24,000 bases of DNA from Acidaminobacter sp. JC074 (GTDB lineage Bacteria; Bacillota; Clostridia; Peptostreptococcales; Acidaminobacteraceae): contig NZ_VANV01000003.1 in the NCBI RefSeq assembly GCF_022496765.1, positions 1 through 24,000 of the forward strand, read 5' to 3'. Shown here in pieces: positions 1 through 7,768 of this stretch. Below the pieces are notes generated by a model that was not told the DNA's origin, searched no databases, and saw only the letters and a list, made by a program, of their open reading frames with translations. Numbering within the stretch: the stretch's first letter is position 1; every line of letters starts with the position of its first letter. A program made the position numbers and the translations under genes.

Positions 1-216
1 GTAGACTTAGAAATGGTTGAGAAAGAAGCAGCTGATAAATCAAGACGTGTTTTTAGAGGAATCTTTATAACAACAAAAGGGATAATAAACTCAGATATCA
101 ATGGTAGTTTGAATATCCTAAGAAAGTATTTAGGTGAAAAAAATATTCCCAGGTTGATTATATCGATGAGGGATAAGGGGTTTCGAGATAATCCTTTTAG
201 ACTACGTGTAGTTTAA
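1..216 (+). CDS. tnpB: IS200/IS605-family TnpB (OrfB) transposase/RNA-guided nuclease homologue, C-terminal fragment (CDS runs off the left edge of the window)
   Basis: Frame 1 is open from base 1 (VDLEMVEKEAADKSRRVFRGIFITTKGIINSDINGSLNILRKYLG). RGxFxTxxGxINxDxNGxxNILRK is the conserved TnpB C-terminal RuvC-III block with its catalytic Asp. Confidence 0.88.
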   Translation, partial: VDLEMVEKEAADKSRRVFRGIFITTKGIINSDINGSLNILRKYLGEKNIPRLIISMRDKGFRDNPFRLRVV

Positions 217-271
217 TATGCTATTGTATCTTCGGGTAGAATAGAAGCGTCAAAGACGCCTTTCTTGTCAA
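217..271 (+). mobile_element. Putative right end of the IS200/IS605-like element: hairpin GCGTC-AAA-GACGC (247-259) followed by TCAA (268-271)
   Basis: A small imperfect-stem hairpin lies just 3' of the tnpB stop, followed by TCAA. This matches the general layout of IS605-family right ends. The exact boundary is inferred. Confidence 0.45.
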
Positions 272-477
272 AAGAACATATCCATTCAGGTAAGTTTTCA
301 GCAGTTTGTCGTGAAGGGGATATAAAGGAGTTTCCTTTAACTTCTATTTCTTTGGCAGGGGTGCTAGGCACACTTTTTAATTTTGAAGATATAGAAAAAC
401 TGTCAGGTCACTTGGCTTCTGTTAAAAAAGATGTAAAAAAAGTGCTTTCAAGTTCTTATATTCTAAACAAAATATAA
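265..477 (+). pseudogene. Unidentified 3' coding remnant directly downstream of the TnpB element (KEHIHSGKFSAVCREGDIKEFPLTSISLAGVLGTLFNFEDIEKLSGHLASVKKDVKK...)
   Basis: The open frame has protein-like composition and ends at a strong terminator, but it has no RBS and only a TTG start inside the presumed IS end. It looks like the tail of a gene interrupted by the element. Confidence 0.35.
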
Positions 478-500
478 ATCGCACTCATTCGAGTGCGATT
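477..500. terminator. Bidirectional rho-independent terminator
   Basis: aatcgcactc-attc-gagtgcgatt perfect 10-bp stem, followed by T-rich sequence. Confidence 0.85.
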
Positions 501-503
501 ATT

Positions 504-1928
504 TTATAGGTCAAAATACATTTCAAATTCTTTTGGATGAGGCATGTTGTCAATTGCAGCTGAGTTACATCTGTTTTGCTTAACAATATTCATCACAAGT
601 TCTTTTGTAAATACACCGCCTTCAAGCAGGTAGTCATAGTCTTCTAATAAGGCATCTGTTGCCTCTGTTAGTGATTTTGGAAGACCTTTGATTTTTGCCT
701 TTTCCTCATCTGGTAGGTCAAAAATGTTGACATCATATGGTCCAAAGCCTTCTGCAGTAGGGTCGATTTTATTCTTGATACCATCGATGGCTGCCATTAA
801 TAAAGCAGAATATGCTAAGTATGGGTTGCAAGTAGCATCAGAAGATCTAAACTCAAAACGCTTTTCTGATGGTCTGTTTGCATAACCTGGTATACGAATC
901 ACTGCAGAGCGGTTAGCAGTTGCAAAGCAAATACTTACTGGGGCTTCATAGCCAGGTACCAAACGCTTATATGAGTTGGTAGAAGGATTTGTAATAGCCA
1001 GAAGTGAAGCTGCATGTTTTAGCATACCCCCAATAGCGTATAGGGCTGTCTGACTCATACCTGAGTAGCCGTTTTCATCATAAAAGATTGGATCGCCGTC
1101 TTTAAATAAGTGGAAGTGAACATGCATACCGTTACCAGCCTCTTTGTGGAATGGCTTTGGCATAAAGGTCACTGTTTTTCCAGCCTTAAGGGCAGTGTTC
1201 TTTACAATATACTTTAAAAGCATGGTTCTATCTGCCATATCATGCGCATTGCCAAAAGACAGTTCAATTTCCAACTGACCAGGGCCACCAACTTCAGGAT
1301 GGTGATACTTGACTGGTACACCGTTCTCTTCTAGTAATAAAACCATTTCATTTCTTAAGTCGTAGTTAATATCAAAAGGTATATCTACATGATAGCCACC
1401 ATGATGAGGCACTTTAAAGCCAAGATTATCATCGCAGTGAGTGTTCCATTCAGCTTGTTCAGCATCTAATTTAACCATGATATGGTGTGGATCTAATCTG
1501 TATGAGAAGTGGTCTAGAATATAAAATTCGAATTCTGGTCCAAATGATGATTGGTCAGCAATACCACTTTCTTTCATATATTCTTCTGCTTTAGAAGATA
1601 TGTAACGAGGGTCACCTTCGTAACGCTTAACACCATGATCTAGGGTGTAGATATCAGCCATCATGGTAAGTGTTTTTCTTTTGGTAAATGGATCGATAAA
1701 TGCAGTTGATAAATCTGGTATGAAAACCATATCTGATTTTTCTACTGTTAGAAAGCCATAAGAAGAGCCGTCGAATCCAATACCGTCTTCTAAGGTATGT
1801 TCTGTTATTCTGTCTACTGTAATTGTCAAGTGGTGCCATCTGCCTGCTAAGTCGATGACTTTAAAATCAATAAACTTAACGTCATTTGTATGGCAAAATG
1901 CTTTTAATTCTTTTAAATCCTTAAACAT
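504..1928 (-). CDS. glnA: Type I glutamine synthetase (start corrected from 1964 to 1928)
   Basis: Full-length GS signatures: IDLAGRWHHLTI, DGSSYGF, GPEFEFYILD, NGMHVHFHLFKDG, LAITNPSTNSYKRLVPGYEAP. An SD (aaggaggt) directly precedes MFKDLKEL. The promoter at 1981-1953 leaves no room for the 1964 start. Confidence 0.96.
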   Translation of the reverse strand: MFKDLKELKAFCHTNDVKFIDFKVIDLAGRWHHLTITVDRITEHTLEDGIGFDGSSYGFLTVEKSDMVFIPDLSTAFIDPFTKRKTLTMMADIYTLDHGVKRYEGDPRYISSKAEEYMKESGIADQSSFGPEFEFYILDHFSYRLDPHHIMVKLDAEQAEWNTHCDDNLGFKVPHHGGYHVDIPFDINYDLRNEMVLLLEENGVPVKYHHPEVGGPGQLEIELSFGNAHDMADRTMLLKYIVKNTALKAGKTVTFMPKPFHKEAGNGMHVHFHLFKDGDPIFYDENGYSGMSQTALYAIGGMLKHAASLLAITNPSTNSYKRLVPGYEAPVSICFATANRSAVIRIPGYANRPSEKRFEFRSSDATCNPYLAYSALLMAAIDGIKNKIDPTAEGFGPYDVNIFDLPDEEKAKIKGLPKSLTEATDALLEDYDYLLEGGVFTKELVMNIVKQNRCNSAAIDNMPHPKEFEMYFDL

Positions 1929-1952
1929 AAAAACCTCCTTGTGTATAAGTCT

Positions 1953-1981
1953 ATTATAATTCAATCGACTTATTATGACAA
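1953..1981 (-). promoter_or_regulatory. Sigma-70 promoter for glnA: TTGTCA-N17-TATAAT on the minus strand
   Basis: -35 at 1981-1976, -10 at 1958-1953, spacer 17 nt. Confidence 0.7.
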
Positions 1982-2092
1982 TGATAATAGTTAAAACAAC
2001 TATAAAATATAGAATTTGTAGTTAGAAAAACTTTCAAAAAATTCATGAGATAGAGGCAGATTTATTGGGTAAAAAAATTAACAAAATAAGTG

Positions 2093-2120
2093 TTGCAATC
2101 TTTTCTTTTAATGATATAAT
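2093..2120 (+). promoter_or_regulatory. Sigma-70 promoter for the YitT-family gene: TTGCAA-N16-TATAAT
   Basis: Sequence match and spacing, about 30 nt upstream of the start codon. Confidence 0.6.
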
Positions 2121-2150
2121 GAATCTTGCTTTTTAGAAAAAGGAGGTCAA

Positions 2151-3020
2151 ATGAAAGTAAAAGAATTATTACTAGAAATTTTTTATGTAGCAATTGGTTG
2201 TATATTATTGGCCTTTGCTATAACAGCTATTTTAGAACCCAATAACTTAATGACAGGTGGTATTACAGGTTTATCCTTAATACTGGATAATCTATTAGGT
2301 ATAAACTATACAGTGTTTTATTATGTGTTTTCTTTAATCATTCTTCTAGCAACCTATTTAACACTGGGTAAGTATGAGGCGAGTAAGATTATCTTGTTAT
2401 CAATCCTATTTCCTGCTGTACTGATGATTTTTAGTCAGTTTAAGTTTCAGTTGATTGAAGATGATATGTTCTTAGCAGCATTCTATTATGGTATTATCGC
2501 AGGAGCGGGTGTTGGTCTGATTTTAAAGTCTGGGTATTCGACAGGTGGAACAGACTCTATTGGTAAGATTCTTCATAAGAAGAAATACCCATATATTTCA
2601 GTGAACCAAATCATCACCATGATAGATATTGTTATCATTATTGTTTCTATATTTGTTTTTGATGTAAGAGTTGCCTTATATGCCATCTTAACTCAGCTGG
2701 TGCTTTTAAAAGCTGTAGAAGTTGTTTTATATGGTTTGTCACCCAAACTTGTTAAGTTAGAAATCATTTCAGATGCAGAGGAAAAAATTAAAGACTATAT
2801 ACTTCATGAAATAAAACGTGGCATTACCAAATACAATATTATTGGTGGCTACAGCAATGTTTCAAAGACTAAAATCATCACCATATGTTCTCCTAGAGAA
2901 TCTTTGATGATTAAGAACTTCATTGCCGATCTTGATGAGAAGGCATTTGTTGATGTACTGCCAATCATGTCGGTATGGGGTGAGGGTTTAGGTTTTAAGA
3001 GAATTACAGAAGAAAACTAA
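2151..3020 (+). CDS. YitT family (DUF161/DUF2179) membrane protein
   Basis: 289 aa with GCILLAFAITAILEPNNLMTGGITGLSLIL, GYSTGGTDSIGKIL and a C-terminal GITKYNIIGGYSN...CSPRE domain. RBS aaaggagg. Confidence 0.9.
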   Translation: MKVKELLLEIFYVAIGCILLAFAITAILEPNNLMTGGITGLSLILDNLLGINYTVFYYVFSLIILLATYLTLGKYEASKIILLSILFPAVLMIFSQFKFQLIEDDMFLAAFYYGIIAGAGVGLILKSGYSTGGTDSIGKILHKKKYPYISVNQIITMIDIVIIIVSIFVFDVRVALYAILTQLVLLKAVEVVLYGLSPKLVKLEIISDAEEKIKDYILHEIKRGITKYNIIGGYSNVSKTKIITICSPRESLMIKNFIADLDEKAFVDVLPIMSVWGEGLGFKRITEEN

Positions 3021-3022
3021 AA

Positions 3023-3040
3023 AAAGCACCTGAGTGCTTT
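3023..3040. terminator. Bidirectional terminator between convergent genes
   Basis: aaagcac-ctga-gtgcttt stem-loop. Confidence 0.7.
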
Positions 3041-3705
3041 TATAGATTAAATGGATAGTCACTAGGTGATGCCTTATGGGTCATTTTAGATTTCTTTTTA
3101 GGATGGACAAATGTCACTTCGTTTGAGAAGAGGGCAATTTGGAACCATCCTTTTTTAGTCATAAAATCAGGATGATACTTGGTGTCTCCCCAGATTGGAT
3201 GACCAATATGAGAAAGTTGAACTCTGATTTGATGGTGTCTACCTGTCTCTAATTCTATAGAAATAAGTGAGTAAATCTCATCGTCTATCGTCATGGTCTT
3301 AAGACGCTTGATGTGCATAACAGCTCTTTTGGCCTTAGGTGTTTCTTGATCAACTACTGATGACACATTGCCTTTAAACTTCTTTTTTAAGAAGTGAACC
3401 AAAGTCTGGTCCTCAGGTGTCCCTTTAACCACAGCTAGATAGGTCTTTTTAAAAGTTCTAGCTTGAAGCTGTTTAGATAAATGAGCCGTTGCCTGGGGTG
3501 TTTTACCAAATACAACAAGTCCACCTACGGGCCTATCTAACCTATGAACAAGTCCTATATAAGGCTTTTCTAAGCCTTTTTTTCTCATATACTCATCTAG
3601 CATAGAAGCTAAATCTTTATCATTACTCAAGTCTGATTGAACAGGCACACCTGGTGCTTTTAAACAGACGATAATATCTTGATCTTCATAAATAATTTCT
3701 TTCAT
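3040..3705 (-). CDS. RluA family pseudouridine synthase (start corrected to MKEIIYED)
   Basis: GLVHRLDRPVGGLVVFGKT catalytic motif, ETGRHHQIRVQLSHIGHPIWGDTKY. SD aaggtgg upstream of 3705. Confidence 0.93.
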   Translation of the reverse strand: MKEIIYEDQDIIVCLKAPGVPVQSDLSNDKDLASMLDEYMRKKGLEKPYIGLVHRLDRPVGGLVVFGKTPQATAHLSKQLQARTFKKTYLAVVKGTPEDQTLVHFLKKKFKGNVSSVVDQETPKAKRAVMHIKRLKTMTIDDEIYSLISIELETGRHHQIRVQLSHIGHPIWGDTKYHPDFMTKKGWFQIALFSNEVTFVHPKKKSKMTHKASPSDYPFNL

Positions 3706-3795
3706 ACATACCACCTTCTCAAGCATTATATCACATGCTTATCTTTGATGCTAATGCAATTAAAGGCAAAAAAAATAACAGATATGATCTGTTAT

Positions 3796-4005
3796 TTAAA
3801 ATATAAGTTTTAAAACGAATCCTACACATGCTAGAAATGCACCGAAAATAGCAATTGGAACGAGGAGGGCTAGTCCGACTGGTATTAAGGCGATAACGAC
3901 TGCAACTGCAAGAATGCCTAATAATAATCTAAATAAACCAACACTGATACCTACAAATAGTTTTAAAAATAATATAACAACTAATAATGTAATTAAAAAT
4001 CCCAT
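3796..4005 (-). CDS. Small hydrophobic membrane protein, uncharacterised
   Basis: 69 aa, two or three TM segments, SD (aaaggaga) overlapping the stop of the upstream small ORF. Confidence 0.6.
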   Translation of the reverse strand: MGFLITLLVVILFLKLFVGISVGLFRLLLGILAVAVVIALIPVGLALLVPIAIFGAFLACVGFVLKLIF

Positions 4006-4016
4006 AATTTTCTCCT

Positions 4017-4178
4017 TTACTTTTCTTTATCTACTATGATTGGATTAGGTGATACAAGTTTCTTTCTAGAGGCCAGACCCAATAACAAGATGATGATGTC
4101 ATCAATTGGTCCTGGTGCTAGATCAACTGGTGAAACAATGTATAAAACTAAAAATATCATTAAGAGTAACTGTTTCAT
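4017..4178 (-). CDS. 53-aa DUF1232/YkvA-like small membrane protein (not in the supplied ORF track)
   Basis: MKQLLLMIFLVLYIVSPVDLAPGPIDDIIILLLGLASRKKLVSPNPIIVDKEK*. Core YIVSPVDLxPGPIDDIIILL resembles the SPiDliPdxixxxGxiDDxiil signature. SD aaaggagat upstream of 4178. Confidence 0.75.
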   Translation of the reverse strand: MKQLLLMIFLVLYIVSPVDLAPGPIDDIIILLLGLASRKKLVSPNPIIVDKEK

Positions 4179-4354
4179 TGATTATCTCCTTTTCTAATCT
4201 GTTATGTCTTTTGATACTTATACTATAGATGTCTAAGGTTAATGAATAATTTGAGTAAAATTAGAATTAAATTAGAATCCTGACTTAATACTTTTTTAAG
4301 GTATTTTAAAGTAAATTTCCATCTTATACTTGTAGAATAGTCCTGGAGGTTGTT

Positions 4355-5065
4355 ATGTTAAAAGTAAATGAAGTCAGTAAGAAATTTAAAAAGCTTGTGG
4401 CAGTAGACCATGTAAGCTTTGAAGTGGATAGTGGAGAAATTGTTGGTATACTTGGACCTAATGGGGCTGGTAAGTCAACGACTATAAAAATGATTGCAGG
4501 TCTATTAAGGACGTCTAGTGGGACCATTACCATAGATGGTCATATGAATAAGTCTGTGGAGGCCAAGAAAAAATTTGCCTATATACCTGAGTTTCCTGAA
4601 ATGTATGATTTATTAACAGTAGATGAGCATATGCGTTTTATAGCCCAGGCTTATGAGATTGAGAATTGGGAAGACTTTATTGAACCCTATTTTGAACGTT
4701 TTGATTTAATGGATAAAAGAGACAAACTAGGAAAAGAGTTATCAAAGGGGATGAAACAGAAACTGAGTATTTGCTGTGGTCTTCTGACGCAAGCAGACCT
4801 TTATTTATTTGATGAGCCTATGATTGGCTTAGATCCAAAGGCCATAAGAGAAACAAAGAAGATTATGAGCGAATTAGCACAAGCGGGTAAAACCATCTTA
4901 GTTTCTACCCACTTGTTAGATTCTATAGAACAAACCTGTAACAGGGTCCTTGTTATGAAAGAAGGTTCTATCATCGTCAACTCTTCTATGGCGGATTTAA
5001 AGAGCCATGGCGATTTATCCTTAGAAGAAATCTTTTTAGAGGTGACGGAAGATGAAATCATTTAG
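4355..5065 (+). CDS. ABC transporter ATP-binding protein (EcsA-like)
   Basis: Walker A GPNGAGKST, signature LSKGMKQKL, Walker B DLYLFDEP, H-loop VSTH. RBS ctggaggt. Confidence 0.93.
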   Translation: MLKVNEVSKKFKKLVAVDHVSFEVDSGEIVGILGPNGAGKSTTIKMIAGLLRTSSGTITIDGHMNKSVEAKKKFAYIPEFPEMYDLLTVDEHMRFIAQAYEIENWEDFIEPYFERFDLMDKRDKLGKELSKGMKQKLSICCGLLTQADLYLFDEPMIGLDPKAIRETKKIMSELAQAGKTILVSTHLLDSIEQTCNRVLVMKEGSIIVNSSMADLKSHGDLSLEEIFLEVTEDEII

Positions 5066-6623
5066 TGTCCTTTTGAGTATTGAAAAAGCCATTATAAAGA
5101 ACAAAGTACTTGAAATTATAAAGAGTCCCAAGCGTCTGATTACATACACACTTTACATAGCATTTATGGCTTGGGTTCTTGTTTTCAACAGCAGGAACTT
5201 TGACGGCTTTAATAGGGAGTCTATGATGACCTATGGGCAAGGCGGTGTTTTTATCTTTGTGTTTATGATGGCTTATGGCTTGACTAAAAAGTCCAGTATA
5301 TTCTTTAAAATGAGTGAAGTAAACCTCATATTTTCTTCACCTGTAGATCCGAGAAAACTTCTTTTGTTTACACTATTAAAGAGGATACCCCAGTATCTTT
5401 TTACAAGTGTCATTACATTGGTTTTTCTTTTGGCCATGGTTATCAGTGTATTTAATCCTTCGCTTCAAGAAGTGATCATAACGGGACTTGGTTATTCTCT
5501 GCTTTTATTAACCCTAGAACCTTTAGGTTTTTGTTTGTTTGCCATATTTACTAAAAAAGGCAGACCTGAAATGAGTGAAAGCCTAGTAAAGAAACTCTTT
5601 ATTCTAATAGGCCTAATTGCAGGTGGATTTGTCCTGAATAATATAAGGGTCAATGGCTTTTCAATGACATCAGTCTTTGATGGCCTGCGGCATCAACTTC
5701 TTAATATGATTCCTATTGTGGGTTGGGGAAAAGCCTTAACTGTAACAGCTATGACAGGTGTTACAAGCTTAACTTATATATATTTAAGCCTGATGGTGCT
5801 TATGTATATAGCTTTGGTAGGCCTAACATACTTTTTAGGGACAGATTATTATGAAGATGTAATTGGTGCATCTGAAAAAAGACAAAAGCTTATATCAGAA
5901 GCCAAACAAGGCAAGAATCAATTTAAAGGTTTTCATTTTAAAAAGAAAAAGGTAACCATCAAAGACAAGTATAAAAAGGCCGGTGCCATCCACTGGAAGA
6001 AAAAGATGCTGACATCTAAATCAGACTTAAGTGTCTACCTGTCGTTAGAGTCACTTTTATGCTTGATTTTATCTATCGGTGGAAGTATCTTTATGGAAGA
6101 GACCCAAGCTTTACCTTATATGGTCATGGGACTTTATTTTTATATTAAGTTTCTTTTCTCCATGAACACATCCTTAGATAAGGAACTGAATAAACACTTT
6201 TTCTATACCATACCGGATAATGGTATGAGAAAGCTTGTTATGGTTTCTAAAATAGATGTAGTAAGGTTTTTCATCAATGCTTGCATTGTTGTCATGACGA
6301 CTTACATAATGACAAGAAACAATGATATTGGTCTTATAGTCTTGCCTTTTGCTGCAAGCATGTTTTATGTCATGATGCTTTTATCAAGTTTTACTTTGAA
6401 GCTCTTTTTTACAGCAGAAGACTTTAACAGACTTTTACTTTTGTTTAAAATGTTCCAGATGATACTTGTTATGATGCCATCAGCCATAGCAATGATGATC
6501 ATCGGCATGCTTACAGAATCTGTAGCACTTGCCTTATTAGGAAGTTTAGGTATAAATCTATTGCTGGCAAGTATCTTTCTAGCGCTTGGCGACACCATTT
6601 TAAATCGCATGGAACTTAAATAG
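5052..6623 (+). CDS. ABC transporter permease / putative ABC exporter
   Basis: 523 aa, about 12 predicted hydrophobic segments, overlaps the ATPase gene by 14 nt (translational coupling). Confidence 0.85.
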   Translation: MKSFSVLLSIEKAIIKNKVLEIIKSPKRLITYTLYIAFMAWVLVFNSRNFDGFNRESMMTYGQGGVFIFVFMMAYGLTKKSSIFFKMSEVNLIFSSPVDPRKLLLFTLLKRIPQYLFTSVITLVFLLAMVISVFNPSLQEVIITGLGYSLLLLTLEPLGFCLFAIFTKKGRPEMSESLVKKLFILIGLIAGGFVLNNIRVNGFSMTSVFDGLRHQLLNMIPIVGWGKALTVTAMTGVTSLTYIYLSLMVLMYIALVGLTYFLGTDYYEDVIGASEKRQKLISEAKQGKNQFKGFHFKKKKVTIKDKYKKAGAIHWKKKMLTSKSDLSVYLSLESLLCLILSIGGSIFMEETQALPYMVMGLYFYIKFLFSMNTSLDKELNKHFFYTIPDNGMRKLVMVSKIDVVRFFINACIVVMTTYIMTRNNDIGLIVLPFAASMFYVMMLLSSFTLKLFFTAEDFNRLLLLFKMFQMILVMMPSAIAMMIIGMLTESVALALLGSLGINLLLASIFLALGDTILNRMELK

Positions 6624-6630
6624 TCTTTTA

Positions 6631-6660
6631 GAAGATGTTATACACTGTATGACATCTTTT
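6631..6660 (+). terminator. Rho-independent terminator after the ABC operon
   Basis: AGATGTTATAC-act-GTATGACATCT followed by TTTT. Confidence 0.8.
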
Positions 6661-6664
6661 GTAA

Positions 6665-6693
6665 TTGAAATATGTCGACTGTTTCTTTATAAT
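6665..6693 (+). promoter_or_regulatory. Sigma-70 promoter for hgcAB: TTGAAA-N17-TATAAT
   Basis: -35 at 6665-6670, -10 at 6688-6693, 17-nt spacer. Predicted TSS near 6700, just upstream of the SD at 6706-6712. Confidence 0.8.
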
Positions 6694-6716
6694 ACATTTA
6701 GAAGAAAGGTGGCATT

Positions 6717-7768
6717 ATGTTAACTACTAAATCTTGTTGAGACGTTGATGTAAAAGCATCGAGTTTCGATGAAAGAAATATAATGTTTGAAGTTTCCATG
6801 TTAAAGCATGAGGACATTTCAAATGATAAAGTCATCCATGCTTTGGATGGAAATAGACTTAAAAGACAACTTACTTTAAAAGATCACTTAGGTAGCTTAG
6901 GTGCAAGGATTGGTTTTAGAGATGATTATATGATCAAACCTGGTCTTTACCAGATCGGTCATCCAGATCCCTCGTCAGATGTTTTGGTTACTTGCAACTA
7001 TAAATTGACCATCGATCTTTTAAGAAAACATTTGAAGAAAGACTACCATATACTCGTTCTTGATACAGATGGTATCAATGTTTGGTGTGCTGCAGGAAAA
7101 GGTAAGTTTGGTACGGCAGAGCTTATATATGCCTTGAATAACTATGGACTTGAAAAGGTCGTCAATCATAAAAAGTTGATTTTGCCTCAGCTTGGCGCGC
7201 CAGGTATGCAAAAACATTTGATTCAAAAGGTAACAGGCTATCAGATTCTCTATGGACCTGTCCGTATCAGTGATATGGATTTCTACACAGAAACTTATCA
7301 AAAGACGGAAAAAATGAAAAGGATAGATTTTGATATAAAAGACAGATTGGTTTTAACACCGCTGGAGTTTATCAAGGGTTTAAAAGTGATTATTCTTGTT
7401 ATACTTTTAAGCTTAACACCCATTATAAATCTAGAACATATCTTGATGACTCTTGTGAGTTTGACTCTTGGAACCATTGTTTTTCCGGCCTTACTGCCAA
7501 TAAGACCTATGAAGATGTTCTACTTAAATGGCATTCTTTTAAGCCTTGTATGTAACTTTGTATTCTTATATCAAAACATGTCTGTCTTTAATCTAGGCTG
7601 GTATCTTTTAATGGCACTTTATACGTCTTACTTGTGTATGAATTTTACAGGATCTACGACTTTTACATCTTTATCGGGGGTAGAAAAGGAAATGGACTCA
7701 GGGTTAAAGTTTTAATTAGAGGCAGTCTTCTTGCTTTACTCATGATGGTGATAGGGGTGATGGTATGA
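6717..7768 (+). CDS. hgcA: HgcA, mercury-methylation corrinoid protein. Reading requires readthrough of an in-frame TGA at 6738-6740 (candidate selenocysteine) and repair of an apparent 1-nt deletion near 7710-7713. The uninterrupted piece is 6783-7715.
   Basis: LKDHLGSLGARIGF..YMIKPGLYQIGHPDP..DVLVTCNYKL, cap-helix motif GINVWCAAGKGKFGT (7071-7112), ILPQLGAPG, YGPVR, RLVLTPLE, MNFTGSTTFTSLSGVEKEM. C-terminal TM region. SD AAGGTGG-CATT-ATG at 6706-6719. Confidence 0.93.
6757..6771 (+). promoter_or_regulatory. Candidate bacterial SECIS hairpin: CATCGA-GTT-TCGATG, 22 nt between TGA and apical loop
   Basis: Perfect 6-bp stem with a triloop starting with G, located at the spacing expected for bacterial SECIS elements. 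No structure prediction was run. Confidence 0.45.

Noticed and set aside
1654-1839. ORF 61 aa (-) within glnA
   Set aside because: Same strand as glnA but in an alternative frame of a highly conserved region. No independent signals.
4801-5061. 86-aa ORF (-) opposite the ABC ATPase
   Set aside because: Shadow of the Walker B/H-loop coding region.
6717-6740. Interpreting ATG-TTA-ACT-ACT-AAA-TCT-TGT-TGA as a short regulatory leader peptide (MLTTKSC)
   Set aside because: Possible, but there is no terminator/antiterminator downstream and the frame continues in phase into HgcA. The frame-continuous reading is preferred, with the nonsense-mutation alternative kept open.
6747-6760. Alternative hairpin GATG-TAAAAG-CATC after the TGA
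   Set aside because: Only 4 bp, mutually exclusive with the stronger 6-bp CATCGA/TCGATG hairpin, and its loop does not start with G.
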